Of a stretch of DNA of 64,000 bases, positions 49,956 through 59,591 are shown piece by piece. Position 1 is the first letter of the stretch. The number at the start of each line of letters is the position of its first letter. The notes under the pieces are model-generated. The model was not told the origin of the DNA and made no database searches. It saw nothing but the letters and a program-made list of their open reading frames with translations. The stretch covers positions 480,001 to 544,000 of the forward strand of contig CBDDBZ010000038.1 in NCBI GenBank assembly GCA_965225945.1, written 5' to 3'. Source of the DNA: Alphaproteobacteria bacterium (GTDB lineage: Bacteria; Pseudomonadota; Alphaproteobacteria; GCA-2731375). A program made the translations under genes and the position numbers.

Positions 49956-50301
49956 GAGACGATCAACGACGCGGCGGCGGAAACCCGGCCCCGGCGACCA
50001 CCTACATCATCCTCTCGCGGTCAAGAGCGGGGTACCTGGGTAGTTACCAAATGTTTATGATTTGTACTAAATCGATCCGGCTGAGTAAAGTGCGTAATCA
50101 GGAAGTAGAATGACCCCTTTTTGCGGAGTCGTCGAGAGACGCCGCCGACGGCCGGCGCCACTTCCGCCGTGCCGTCACGGGAGCGGGGTCGTCATGCGCG
50201 CGGTCGATCGTCTGGTCGATGGCAAGGGCGGCGGCTGATCGCGCCCGCGTTTCCGCGCTATGCTCCCCGCCGGCACGGTAGTCGGAGGGGAGGACGAGAC
50301 G

Positions 50302-51171
50302 ATGAGCGGGCTTCGCGAACGCTTGGGCGAGGCGGCGCCGGTGCTGGCGCCCCTGGTGCTCAACCCGTTGATGGCGCGGCTCGCCGAGGCCCAGGGCTTC
50401 GAGGCGCTCTATCTCGGCGGCGGCGCCACCGGCTACACCAAGGTCTTCCTCGAGGCCAACCTCACGGTGACCGAGTTGGCACAGGCCGGCGTCGAAATCC
50501 GCGCCGCCTCGGCCCTGCCGCTGATCCTGGATGCCGCCGGCGGCTGGGGCGATCCGATGCACATGCACCGAACCGTCACCACCGCCGAGGCCGCCGGCTT
50601 CGCGGCGATAGAAATCGAGGACCAGCACCTGCCGAAGCGGGCCCACCATCACATCGGCGTCGAGCACATGATCCCGGCCGAGCTGATGGCGGCCAAGGTG
50701 CGCGAGGCGCTGGCGGTCCGCCGCTCTTCGGAATTCCTCGTCGTCGCGCGTACCAACGCGGTCCGCGTTGCCTCGCCGGAGGAGGCAGTGCGGCGCCTCC
50801 TGCTCTATCACGAGGCGGGCGCCGACCTGCTGCTGCCCTCGCCCCGGACTCAGGAGGAGGCGCGATTTCTCGCCGACCGGCTGCCGGCCCCGCTGATGTT
50901 CCTCGCCGCGCGCGGGGGGCCGGCGGCGCTCGACATGACGGCGGACGACTTGGGCAGGCTCGGCTTCAAGCTCCTGGTCGACGCGCAGACGCCGCTTCTG
51001 GCGGCCTTCCGCGTCTGGCGGGACTGTTACCGGGCGCTGGCCGACGGCCTGGTCGACCCGGCATACGGCCCCGAGGAATGCGCCCGCCTGCAGGACGAGC
51101 TGCACGAGGCGATCGACCTCGAGCGCCTGCTGGCGGTGGAACGCGCCACGGTCGAGGGAGCGGAGGGATGA
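50302..51171 (+). CDS. Isocitrate lyase/PEP mutase family enzyme
   Basis: GFEALYLGG, LILDAAGGWG, IEIEDQHLPKRAHH, VVARTN. Confidence 0.85.
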   Translation: MSGLRERLGEAAPVLAPLVLNPLMARLAEAQGFEALYLGGGATGYTKVFLEANLTVTELAQAGVEIRAASALPLILDAAGGWGDPMHMHRTVTTAEAAGFAAIEIEDQHLPKRAHHHIGVEHMIPAELMAAKVREALAVRRSSEFLVVARTNAVRVASPEEAVRRLLLYHEAGADLLLPSPRTQEEARFLADRLPAPLMFLAARGGPAALDMTADDLGRLGFKLLVDAQTPLLAAFRVWRDCYRALADGLVDPAYGPEECARLQDELHEAIDLERLLAVERATVEGAEG

Positions 51172-52067
51172 CCTTGGCGAAGCGGCTCGCCGCCCTGGCG
51201 ATGGCCTGTCTGCTCAGCCCCGGGTCCGTGGCGGCGGCGGAGAAGGTGGATCTGGAGCTGGTGCTGTTGGCCGACGCCTCGCGCTCGATCGACGACGAGG
51301 AGATCCGCCTGCAGCGGGAGGGCTATGCCGCCGCGCTCTCCCACGCGCAGGTGTTGGGCACGATCACCAGCGGCCTGCATCGGCGGATCGCCGTCACCTA
51401 CGTCGAATGGGGAAGCGCCGAATCGCAGGACATCGTGGTGCCCTGGACGATCATCGAGGGGCCGAGGAGTGCTGCCGCCTTCATCGCCGCGCTCAGGTCG
51501 CGCCCACGCATCGCCAACGGGCCGAACGCGATCGGCAGCGCCATCGCCACCGGCCATGCCCTGATCGAAGCCAACGATCTCCAGGGCACGCGGCGGATCA
51601 TCGATTTCTCGGGCGACAGCGCCTACAGCTTCGGCGGCATTCCCGTCGATCAGGCCCGGGTGCTGGCGCTCGGCGACGACATCACCATCAACGGCTTGGC
51701 GATCCTCTGCCGCACCCCGGGGTGCAGCGGCCGGCCGGTCGGCTACGACCTGGAGGAGGCCTATCGCCGTTACATCATCGGCGGCCCAGGCGCCTTCGTC
51801 GTCACCGCCGACGGCAATCGCAGCTTCGCCGAGGCGGTGCTGCGCAAGCTCTTGCTCGAAGTCGCGGGCGTGCCGGCGCCGGGCCGCGTCGCCGGCAGCG
51901 AGGGGTTGGAGATGGCGGCCTCGCCGCCTCAATCCTCCTCGCCCGAGGCCGCCGCCTCGATCGCGTTCCAGCGCGAGAGGCCCATCAGCTCGCTCAACGG
52001 CTCGAGGCCCATCAACGCTTCGCCGCTCGCCGCGCCCAGAGCGCCGTTGGCCAGCAGATCCCCGTAG
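51168..52067 (+). CDS. DUF1194 (vWA-like) exported protein
   Basis: Signal peptide; VDLELVLLADASRSID, RRIIDFSGD, ITINGLAI, IGGPGAFV; 3' end overlaps the convergent gene. Confidence 0.82.
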   Translation: MTLAKRLAALAMACLLSPGSVAAAEKVDLELVLLADASRSIDDEEIRLQREGYAAALSHAQVLGTITSGLHRRIAVTYVEWGSAESQDIVVPWTIIEGPRSAAAFIAALRSRPRIANGPNAIGSAIATGHALIEANDLQGTRRIIDFSGDSAYSFGGIPVDQARVLALGDDITINGLAILCRTPGCSGRPVGYDLEEAYRRYIIGGPGAFVVTADGNRSFAEAVLRKLLLEVAGVPAPGRVAGSEGLEMAASPPQSSSPEAAASIAFQRERPISSLNGSRPINASPLAAPRAPLASRSP

Positions 52068-52813
52068 ACCGCCATCTGCGCCTTGAGCGCGGCGCCGAGC
52101 CCGGTCACGGCGTAGAGCGCGAGCTTCACCCCGAGCTCGGCGAGCCCATCCTTCGACAGCATCGATTCCGGCCATTCCGGCACGCCGCCGACGATGGTCA
52201 CCGGTCCCTTCACCTCGGCGCAGAGACGGCGCAATTCGTCGATCTCGAAGCTCTCGGCGATCATCGCCAGATCGGCGCCGGCGTCGAGATAGGCGTTGAG
52301 CCGCTCGATCACGCCGCCGAGGCCGAATTCGCCCTTGGCGTCGCTGCGGGCGATGATCACGAAGTCTGGATCACGCCGTGCCGCCAGCGCCGCGCGCAGC
52401 CGCGCCAGCATTTCCTCGCATGGCACGACGCGACGGCCGGCCAAGCCGCCGCAACGCTTCGGCAGGGCCTGATCCTCGATGTGGACGCCGGCTATCCCGG
52501 CGCGCTCGAATTCCTGGATGGTGCGGTGAACGTTGACCAGGCCGCCATAGCCGGTGTCGGCGTCGGAGAGCACCGGTATCGAGACCGCGGCCGCGATCCG
52601 GCCCGCATGCGCCACCACCTCTGCTTGGCTGGCGAGGCCGATGTCCGGCATGCCGAGCATCGAGGCCTCCATGCCGAAGCCGGAGAGATAGACTACTCGA
52701 TGGCCCACCGCTTCCACCACCCGCGCGCTGGCGCCGTCATAGGCGCCGGGCACCAGCAGCGGGCCGTCCGCCGCCAACAATTCCCTGAGCCTCGCGCTCG
52801 CCGTCATCGCCAT
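51929..52813 (-). CDS. Isocitrate lyase/PEP mutase family enzyme (PrpB/dimethylmalate lyase-like)
   Basis: PGAYDGASAR, DADTGYG, HIEDQALPKRCG, IIARSDA. Confidence 0.88.
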   Translation of the reverse strand: MAMTASARLRELLAADGPLLVPGAYDGASARVVEAVGHRVVYLSGFGMEASMLGMPDIGLASQAEVVAHAGRIAAAVSIPVLSDADTGYGGLVNVHRTIQEFERAGIAGVHIEDQALPKRCGGLAGRRVVPCEEMLARLRAALAARRDPDFVIIARSDAKGEFGLGGVIERLNAYLDAGADLAMIAESFEIDELRRLCAEVKGPVTIVGGVPEWPESMLSKDGLAELGVKLALYAVTGLGAALKAQMAVYGDLLANGALGAASGEALMGLEPLSELMGLSRWNAIEAAASGEED

Positions 52814-52983
52814 TGCGTACCTCCCGCCCGGGCCTCGGTTGAGCTGCCTTCGTAGCTTTGCATGGCTCTCTCTCCGCGACCTGGGACGCCCGCGTCAGGA
52901 TAGCCGATAATCGCTGCCGGCTCGTCGGTATAAGCGGCGAACGGCAGGCCACGCCCGCTCACCACGGCCGAGGGAAACGAGCC

Positions 52984-54045
52984 ATGACGACGCGATTCGG
53001 TATCGTCGGAGCCGGCATGATCGCCGCCATTCACCTGGAGGCCTTGCGCGGCCTGCCCGACGTCGAGGTCACCGCCATCATGGACGGCGGCAGCGGCAAG
53101 GCCCGCAGGCTGGCGCCGGCGCTCGATCTCGCCGGTAGCCACGACATCGCCGCCTTCGCAGCCCGCGACGACATCGACATCCTGACCGTCGCCTCGCCGA
53201 GCGGCGCGCACCTCGACGCCGCGCTGGCCGCCGCGGCCTGCGGCAAGCACTGCATCGTCGAGAAGCCGCTGGAGATCACGCTGGCCCGCGTCGACGAGAT
53301 GATCCGGGCCCATGGCGCCGCCGGCACCCGGCTCGGCGGGATCTTGAACACCCGGCACACGCCGGCGGCTCGAATGATGAAACAGGCGGTCGAGGCCGGC
53401 CGCTTCGGCCGCCTCACCTTCGCCTCCGCCATCGGCCCCTGGTGGCGCGACCAGGCCTATTACGACCAGAGCGCGTGGAAAGGGACCTGGCGGCTCGACG
53501 GCGGCGGCGCCTTGATGAACCAGGGCATCCACGCCATCGACCTCTTGCAATGGCTGGTGGCCTCGCCCGTCGCCAGCGTCTCCGGGCTGATCGCCACGCT
53601 CGCGCACGCCGGTATCGAGGTGGAGGACACAGGGGCGGCGGTGCTGGAATTCGAGAACGGCGCGCTGGGCCAGATCGCCTGCGCGACGGCCATGTGGCCG
53701 GGTCACTTCCGCACGCTGACCATCGCCGGCGAGAACGGCACCGCCAGCCTCGCCGACGGCGGCCTGCTGTTCTGGCGCTTCCGCGAGGAGGACGCGCGCG
53801 ACGACGAGATCCGGCGCCGACACCTGGCCTTGCCGGGCGCCGGCGTCGGCGCCGCCGACCCCTCGGCCGGGGTCGACGCGGAGGGGCACCGGGCGATCTT
53901 CCGCGATTTCCTGGCGGCGGTCGAAGCGGGCGGGCCGCTGGCGATCGACGGGGCCGAGTGCCGCAAGGCGGTGGCCATCATCCGCGCGGTCTACGAGTCG
54001 TCCAAACGCGGCGGCGCGCCCGTCAGCCTTGACGAGGTCGATTGA
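52984..54045 (+). CDS. Gfo/Idh/MocA family oxidoreductase
   Basis: GIVGAGMIA, VEKP, WKGTWRLDGGGALMNQGIH. Confidence 0.9.
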   Translation: MTTRFGIVGAGMIAAIHLEALRGLPDVEVTAIMDGGSGKARRLAPALDLAGSHDIAAFAARDDIDILTVASPSGAHLDAALAAAACGKHCIVEKPLEITLARVDEMIRAHGAAGTRLGGILNTRHTPAARMMKQAVEAGRFGRLTFASAIGPWWRDQAYYDQSAWKGTWRLDGGGALMNQGIHAIDLLQWLVASPVASVSGLIATLAHAGIEVEDTGAAVLEFENGALGQIACATAMWPGHFRTLTIAGENGTASLADGGLLFWRFREEDARDDEIRRRHLALPGAGVGAADPSAGVDAEGHRAIFRDFLAAVEAGGPLAIDGAECRKAVAIIRAVYESSKRGGAPVSLDEVD

Positions 54046-54099
54046 GATGGCCCGCCGGCGCCGCCTATGATGGCGTCGCCGCAACGACCGGGTAATGCC

Positions 54100-55890
54100 A
54101 TGACCAGCGCCGCCGCCACCGACGAGAGCCGCTTTCCGCCCTACCTCATGTCCGTGCTCGCCAGTCGCTTCGAGGCGATCATCCGCGAGATGACCAACAC
54201 GGTGATGAAGGCCAGCCGCTCCGCCGTGATCAAGAACGCCCGCGACATGTCCTGCGGCATCCTGACCTATGACCACCGCCTGCTGAGCGTGGAGGAAGGC
54301 ATTCCGATCCACATCACCGCGCTGGACTTGACGACCCGCCCGATCACCGAATTTTTCGACGATATCGCGGAAGGCGACGCCTTCCTCAACAACTGTCCCT
54401 ATACCGGGGCGACGCACCACGCCGACCTCACCGTCTGCGTGCCGGTCTATCACCAAGGCGAGCCGCTGTTCTGGGTCCTTGCCCGCTCGCATCACGCCGA
54501 TATCGGCGCGCCGATCCCGACGACCTACCTGCCCTATGCCCGCACCGTCTACGAGGAAGGCCTGCACTTCCCCTGCGTCCGCGTGCGGCGGAACCACCGC
54601 GATCTCGACGACATCATCCGCATGTGCCGGATGAAGATCCGCGTGCCCGACCTCTGGTATGGCGACTATCGCGCCCAGGTCGGCGCCTGCCGGATCGGCG
54701 AGCGGCGGCTGGGGGAGTTGGTCACCCACCACGGGCTTCCCACCATCCGGGCCTTCATCGAGGAATGGATGGCCTATGGCGCGCGGCGCGCGATCGCCGC
54801 CATAGCCGAATTGCCCAAGGGCACCTGGAGCTACGAGACCCGGCACGACCCCGTGCCCACCGTGGCCGACGAGGGCGTGCCGGTCCGGGTCACGGTCACC
54901 GTCGATCCGGACGAAGGCAGAATCACCGTCGATGCCCGCGACAACATCGACTGCGTGCCGGGCGGCATCAACCTGACCGAGGCGACGGCCACCGGAAGCT
55001 GCCGGATCGGGGTGTTCTACAACCTCGACCCCACGATCCCCCACAACGAGGGCAGCGCCAGCCGCATCGAGGTGCTGCTCCGCGACGGCTGCGTCGTCGG
55101 CCGGCCCGCTTATCCGGTCGGCACCTCCGTCGCCACCACCAACGTCAACGAGCGGCTGGTGATCGCCGTCGCCGCCTGCTTCGCCCAGATGGGGCCGCCC
55201 CACGGCATGGCCGAGGGCGGCCATATGCAGGCGGCCGGCATGGCGGTCATCTCCGGCCGCGACAGCCGCAAGGACGACCAGCCCTACGTCAACCAGATGT
55301 TCATCGGCTATGCCAGCGGCCCCGGCATCCACGGTCACGACGGCTGGATCACCTATCTCGCTTCGGAGAACGGCGGGATGATCGTGCTCGACTCGATCGA
55401 GATCGACGAGAGCATGTATCCGATCGTGGTCGAGGGCCGCTGGCTGGAGCCGGACACCCTCGGCCCCGGCGAGTTCGACGGCGCGCCGGGCGTGAAGCTG
55501 GTCTACCGGCCGATCGCCGACGAGATGACGGTGATCTACGCCAGTGATGGCGAGATCAATCCGGCGCTCGGCGTCGGCGGCGGCGGCGCCGGCGCGCCTG
55601 CGGCCAACTACAAGCGCCGGGCCGACGGTACGCTCTTGCGCCTGCCGGCCTTCCACCAGGAGGTCTTCCGGCCGGGCGAGGCGGTGGTCTGCCAGGCCGG
55701 CGCCGGCGGCGGCTACGGCGATCCCCGGAGGCGGGAAGCGGCCCGCGTGGCGGCGACGGCGAACCGCGGCTGGCTCACGCCGGCGAAGGCGGAAGCGGTC
55801 TACGGCGTGGCGTTGGAATGGGCCGAGAACGGCATCGACTACGTGGTCGACGCGGCGCGCACCCGGGCGCTCCGCGCCGAGGACGGCTGA
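54100..55890 (+). CDS. Hydantoinase B/oxoprolinase family protein
   Basis: SAVIKNARDMSCG, NNCPYTGATHHAD, HHADIG, EEGLHFP, GGGYGDP. Confidence 0.9.
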   Translation: MTSAAATDESRFPPYLMSVLASRFEAIIREMTNTVMKASRSAVIKNARDMSCGILTYDHRLLSVEEGIPIHITALDLTTRPITEFFDDIAEGDAFLNNCPYTGATHHADLTVCVPVYHQGEPLFWVLARSHHADIGAPIPTTYLPYARTVYEEGLHFPCVRVRRNHRDLDDIIRMCRMKIRVPDLWYGDYRAQVGACRIGERRLGELVTHHGLPTIRAFIEEWMAYGARRAIAAIAELPKGTWSYETRHDPVPTVADEGVPVRVTVTVDPDEGRITVDARDNIDCVPGGINLTEATATGSCRIGVFYNLDPTIPHNEGSASRIEVLLRDGCVVGRPAYPVGTSVATTNVNERLVIAVAACFAQMGPPHGMAEGGHMQAAGMAVISGRDSRKDDQPYVNQMFIGYASGPGIHGHDGWITYLASENGGMIVLDSIEIDESMYPIVVEGRWLEPDTLGPGEFDGAPGVKLVYRPIADEMTVIYASDGEINPALGVGGGGAGAPAANYKRRADGTLLRLPAFHQEVFRPGEAVVCQAGAGGGYGDPRRREAARVAATANRGWLTPAKAEAVYGVALEWAENGIDYVVDAARTRALRAEDG

Positions 55891-55901
55891 GCGGGCGCGC
55901 C

Positions 55902-57962
55902 ATGGGGTTCGAGATCTCGATCGACATCGGCGGCACCTTCACCGACTGCGTCGTCGCCGACGAGGCGGGCGAGGTGCGGATCTTCAAGGCCCGCTCGACG
56001 CCGGAAGCCTTCGAGAAGGGCTTCCTCGACGTGTTGGGGCTCGCGGCGGGCGAATACGGCACCGACCTTCCCGGCCTGCTCGCCCTGACGGGCCGAATCG
56101 TCCACGGCACCACGGTCTCCACCAACGCGCTGATCGAGGGCAAGGTGGCCCGCGTCGGCTTCATCACCAACGAGGGCTTCCCCGACATCCTGACGCTCAG
56201 GGAAGGGCCGAGGAAGCGGGCGTTCGAATGGCGGCTCGACTTTCCGCCCCCCTTCGTGCCGCGCAACCTGACGGCCACCGTGGCTGGGCGGATCGACGCG
56301 CTGGGGGCGGAACTGGAGCCCTTGGACGAGGACGCCGTGGTTCGGGCGATGGAGCGCTTCCGCCGCCTGGAGGTGGAAGCGGTGGGGGTCTGCCTGCTCT
56401 GGTCGATCGTCAACGGCGCGCACGAGCGCAGAATTGCCGAGATCATCGCCGCCGAATGGCCAGGCCTGCCGGTGACGCTGAGCCACCTGCTGAACCCGAT
56501 ACCGAGGGAATACCGCCGCGCCGTCTCGACCGTGATCGACGCCAGCTTGCGGACCATCGTCGGCGCCTATATGGCTGCGCTGACGGGAGTGCTGGCCGAG
56601 AACGGCTATCGCCGCGAGCTGCTGGTCGCCAACTCCGTCGGCGGCATGATGCCGCCGGAGGAGATCGTGGCCAAGCCGATCTATTCGGTGATGTCGGGGC
56701 CGACCTTGGCGCCGATCGCCGCCGGTCATCTGACCGAGGAATTGGACGTCATCGTCGTCGACATGGGCGGCACCACCTTCGACGTCTCCGCGATCCGGGG
56801 CGGCAACCTGATTGTCACGGCCGAGGCGATGATCGGCCACGACATGCTGGGCATCCCCAAGGTCGACGTCCGCTCGATCGGCGCCGGCGGCGGCAGCATC
56901 GCCCGGGTCGATGTCGGCGGCCTGTTGCGGGTCGGGCCTTCGAGCGCGGGCGCGGTGCCGGGGCCCGCCTGCTACGGCGCCGGCGGCGAGGCGGCGACGG
57001 TGACCGACGCCAACGTCGTCCTCGGCATCATCGATCCCGACTATTTCCTGGGCGGGCGCATCCGGCTCGACGCCAGCGCGGCGGAGGCCGCGGTGGGCGC
57101 GGTCGCGGCCGCCTTGGGCCTCGGCCCCGTGGACGCCGCCTACGCCATCCACACCACCAGCAACCACAACATGATCACCGCGATCGAGGACATCACCGTG
57201 CGCGAGGGCATCAACCCGAGGGAGAGCTATCTGGTTTCGGGCGGCGGCGCCACGGCCTGCCACATCGGCGAGATGGCCGAGATCATCGGCATCGACCGCT
57301 TCATGATCCCGCGCTTCGCGGCCGGCTTGAGCGCCTTCGGCGGCCTGATCTCGGAGCTTCGCTGGGCCGAGACGGCGACGTTGCCGACCGACGGCCGGCA
57401 CTTCGACCTCGATGGCGTCAACGCGGCTTTGGCCGACCTCAAGCGCCGGGGCGAGGCCTTCCTGGAGCGCGCCGGCGTGGCCCCGCAGGACCGCCGCTTC
57501 GAATACGCCTACCAGGGCCGCTACGAGTTCCAGTCCTGGGATATCGAGGTGCCGTTCACGCCCGCGGGCGAGCTGCTGGCGGCGGCGGACGTGGCCGAAC
57601 TGGTCGAGGCCTTCCATCGGACGCACGAGCGGATCTACACGATTTTTGACCGCAACGACGTGGTCGAGATGACGAGCTGGCGGGTCCGCGCCGTCGGCCG
57701 CAACCATCTGGCTGGGCGGCTGGCGGGCGGCGAGGGAACTGCGGCGGCACCGAGCCCGAGCCCGAAGTCGCGCCGCCCGGTCTACCTCCACGCCCGGGGC
57801 GGAATGGTCGAGCTCGAGGTTTACGAGGCCGACGCCATCGCCCCCGGGGCCCGTATCGCGGGCCCGGCGTTGATCGAGTCTGCGACCTTCACCACCTTCC
57901 TCCTCCCCGGCCACGTGGCCCGCGTCGACGCGGGCGGAAACTACCTGGTGACGATCGGGTAG
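55902..57962 (+). CDS. Hydantoinase A/oxoprolinase family protein
   Basis: IDIGGTFTD, HGTTVSTNA, DMGGTTFD, IGAGGGSI, PGPACYG, TVTDA. Confidence 0.92.
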   Translation: MGFEISIDIGGTFTDCVVADEAGEVRIFKARSTPEAFEKGFLDVLGLAAGEYGTDLPGLLALTGRIVHGTTVSTNALIEGKVARVGFITNEGFPDILTLREGPRKRAFEWRLDFPPPFVPRNLTATVAGRIDALGAELEPLDEDAVVRAMERFRRLEVEAVGVCLLWSIVNGAHERRIAEIIAAEWPGLPVTLSHLLNPIPREYRRAVSTVIDASLRTIVGAYMAALTGVLAENGYRRELLVANSVGGMMPPEEIVAKPIYSVMSGPTLAPIAAGHLTEELDVIVVDMGGTTFDVSAIRGGNLIVTAEAMIGHDMLGIPKVDVRSIGAGGGSIARVDVGGLLRVGPSSAGAVPGPACYGAGGEAATVTDANVVLGIIDPDYFLGGRIRLDASAAEAAVGAVAAALGLGPVDAAYAIHTTSNHNMITAIEDITVREGINPRESYLVSGGGATACHIGEMAEIIGIDRFMIPRFAAGLSAFGGLISELRWAETATLPTDGRHFDLDGVNAALADLKRRGEAFLERAGVAPQDRRFEYAYQGRYEFQSWDIEVPFTPAGELLAAADVAELVEAFHRTHERIYTIFDRNDVVEMTSWRVRAVGRNHLAGRLAGGEGTAAAPSPSPKSRRPVYLHARGGMVELEVYEADAIAPGARIAGPALIESATFTTFLLPGHVARVDAGGNYLVTIG

Positions 57963-58372
57963 CGGTCATCTTTCAGGGTTGCGGCACTCGAGACGCCATC
58001 TGCCGAAGAGGCTTGTTCGTGGCGCGCTCGGGTTCACCAGGGAAAATGGCCCGCCTGCCCCCCTCCGTCACCCTCGCTCGCCGGAACGGGCGAGCGAGCG
58101 ACGCCGGCTTCGGGGAAAAGGCTCGGGGACCGGCCTGTGTTTCGTGGTAGGGAAAAGGGAAAGTTACGGCGAAATTGTAGCGCTCGAAGCCCACCACTCC
58201 AGGCCATGGCGTCGCAAGGCGAGTTCTCGGCGGCAGGCGGAAAATCCGTTTCGCAAAAATGGGGTTTCTGTCGGTGATTACGAAAAGTTAGGGCAACTTA
58301 CAATTTCTGCTTGAAGTTTTAAGATAAATTTCAAATATTAAGACACCAATTGCCGAAGGCGGTCGCTCGTGT

Positions 58373-58507
58373 CGCGCTCGGGATCCGGTCGGCGACGAGG
58401 CGGTGGTTGATCGAATCCTCGAGCGGCGGGATCAGCTCGCCGGAGGCGGTCCGGTCGACGACCTCGTCGTGGGTGCACCAGGCGGCGGCGATCTCCTCGC
58501 CGTCGAC
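58373..58507 (-). pseudogene. Diverged copy of the nudC 3' end
   Basis: VDGEEIAAAWCTHDEVVDRTASGELIPPLEDSINHRLVADRI versus NudC VDGEEIVAAAWYTRDEIAEQTASGELILPPEDSISHRLVADWI (61248-61383). Confidence 0.85.
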
Positions 58508-58585
58508 AACGCCTCGGCGTCCTGCGGAGGTCGCGGGTGCCGGCCTCGGCCAGGCGGAATTGTGGCGCGTTCCCTTTGCCCGATT

Positions 58586-59290
58586 TCAAGCCCACTCGCG
58601 GATATCGAATAATTCTCCGAGTGCGCGCCTTCCCCTCGGCGTGACGGTGAGCGCCCGGGTGCCGCGTAACCGTTTGACGAAGCCATGGTCGAAGAAATGC
58701 ATGCAAATCGCGGCCCCGAGCCTTCCGGCCAGATGCGGCCTGCGTTCGCTCCAATCGAGGCACGGCCGACAAAGCGGTCGCGATGACGTCGATGAGCGCT
58801 CGGGCATCGCGATGCCGGCCTCGGTCAGCAGGGCGAGACCGGACTCGGTGATCATGCCGGCGCCGTCGTCGAATTCGATCGCCCCACGATCGAGCAAGCC
58901 ATCCGCGATCGCGACGCCGAGCCCTCCGGCCAAGTGATCGTAACAGGTTCGAGCCGCGCGCATGGCCGCGTCTCGCGGTCCGAAATGCAGCCGGCGATGC
59001 GCTGGCGGCCGGGAGACGGCGGCGATCCGCGTGATGGTTTCGAGCAACCCCGCCACCTCCGCAGAGGCGAGCCGGTGATAGCGATGGCGGCCCTGCGAAA
59101 CCACTTTCAAGAGGCCCGCCGAGGCGAGTTTGGCGAGATGACCGCTTGCCGTCTGGGCTGAGATTCCGGCAACACGGGCCAACTCGCCGGCGGTCAGGGC
59201 GCGGCCGTCCATCAGCGCCACGAGCATCGCCGTGCGCGCCGGTTCTCCGACCATCAGCCCGATCTCCGCAATCTGGTTGGTGTTGGCCAC
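58586..59290 (-). CDS. ArsR-family winged-HTH regulator with a Cys-containing C-terminal domain
   Basis: EPARTAML..GRALTAGELA..QTASGHL, QGRHRYHRL, ARTCYDHLAG, CLDWSERRPHLAG. Confidence 0.88.
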   Translation of the reverse strand: MANTNQIAEIGLMVGEPARTAMLVALMDGRALTAGELARVAGISAQTASGHLAKLASAGLLKVVSQGRHRYHRLASAEVAGLLETITRIAAVSRPPAHRRLHFGPRDAAMRAARTCYDHLAGGLGVAIADGLLDRGAIEFDDGAGMITESGLALLTEAGIAMPERSSTSSRPLCRPCLDWSERRPHLAGRLGAAICMHFFDHGFVKRLRGTRALTVTPRGRRALGELFDIREWA

Positions 59291-59408
59291 TGCTAAATCC
59301 TCCGGCAAATCAGACTACTCGATTCTCCCGGTGGACACTTCGGCCGTGACCGAAGCATCGCTGGCCCAGGGTATGGGAAAAACGGTCGCCAGAAAATCGG
59401 AGATAACG

Positions 59409-59520
59409 ATGATCACCTGCTTTATCCGCTACAGATTCGACCCGGCGAGAAGGGCGGACTTCGTGGAATATGCGAAAACTGGGGACAGGCGATTCCCAGA
59501 TGCGGCGCCGACCTGATCGA
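59409..59520 (+). pseudogene. NIPSNAP-family fragment (frameshifted and truncated)
   Basis: MITCFIRYRFDP..FVEYA then, after a frameshift, WGQAIPRCGADLI; divergent from the ArsR gene. Confidence 0.7.
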
Positions 59521-59591
59521 AATGTGGGGGCAGTCTATTTTTACCGTCTCCAAGGCCCTCGTATTTCCTGTCGAGCCGAACCCGACTCGGA

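Larger units (their letters stand above)
47617..50047 (-). mobile_element. IS66-family element (single-transposase type) with a DNA methyltransferase passenger
   Basis: Perfect 14-bp IRs GTAACTACCCAGGT / ACCTGGGTAGTTAC; 8-bp TSD CAAATGTT at 47609-47616 and 50048-50055. Confidence 0.93.
46634..50102 (-). mobile_element. IS1595-family element containing a nested IS66
   Basis: Ends TCTAATTACGCATCAACCTCAGCC / GGCTGAGTAAAGTGCGTAATCAGG; 8-bp TSD AAGTAGAA at 46626-46633 and 50103-50110. Confidence 0.9.
46548..50120. repeat. REP-doublet/MITE-like element, copy 2, split by IS1595 (46548-46633 and 50103-50120)
   Basis: Near-identical to copy 1; the right IR AAGTAGAA|TGACCCCTTT is completed only after the IS. 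Confidence 0.85.

Noticed and set aside
52804-55656. 950-aa antisense ORF, and similar long shadow ORFs (6344-8764, 30522-32420, 55839-57914)
   Set aside because: They lie opposite well-supported genes and have no motifs; such ORFs are expected in high-GC DNA.
58319-58333. CtrA-like TTAA-N7-TTCA
   Set aside because: Lies in an AT-rich tract where chance matches are likely, with no gene start nearby.
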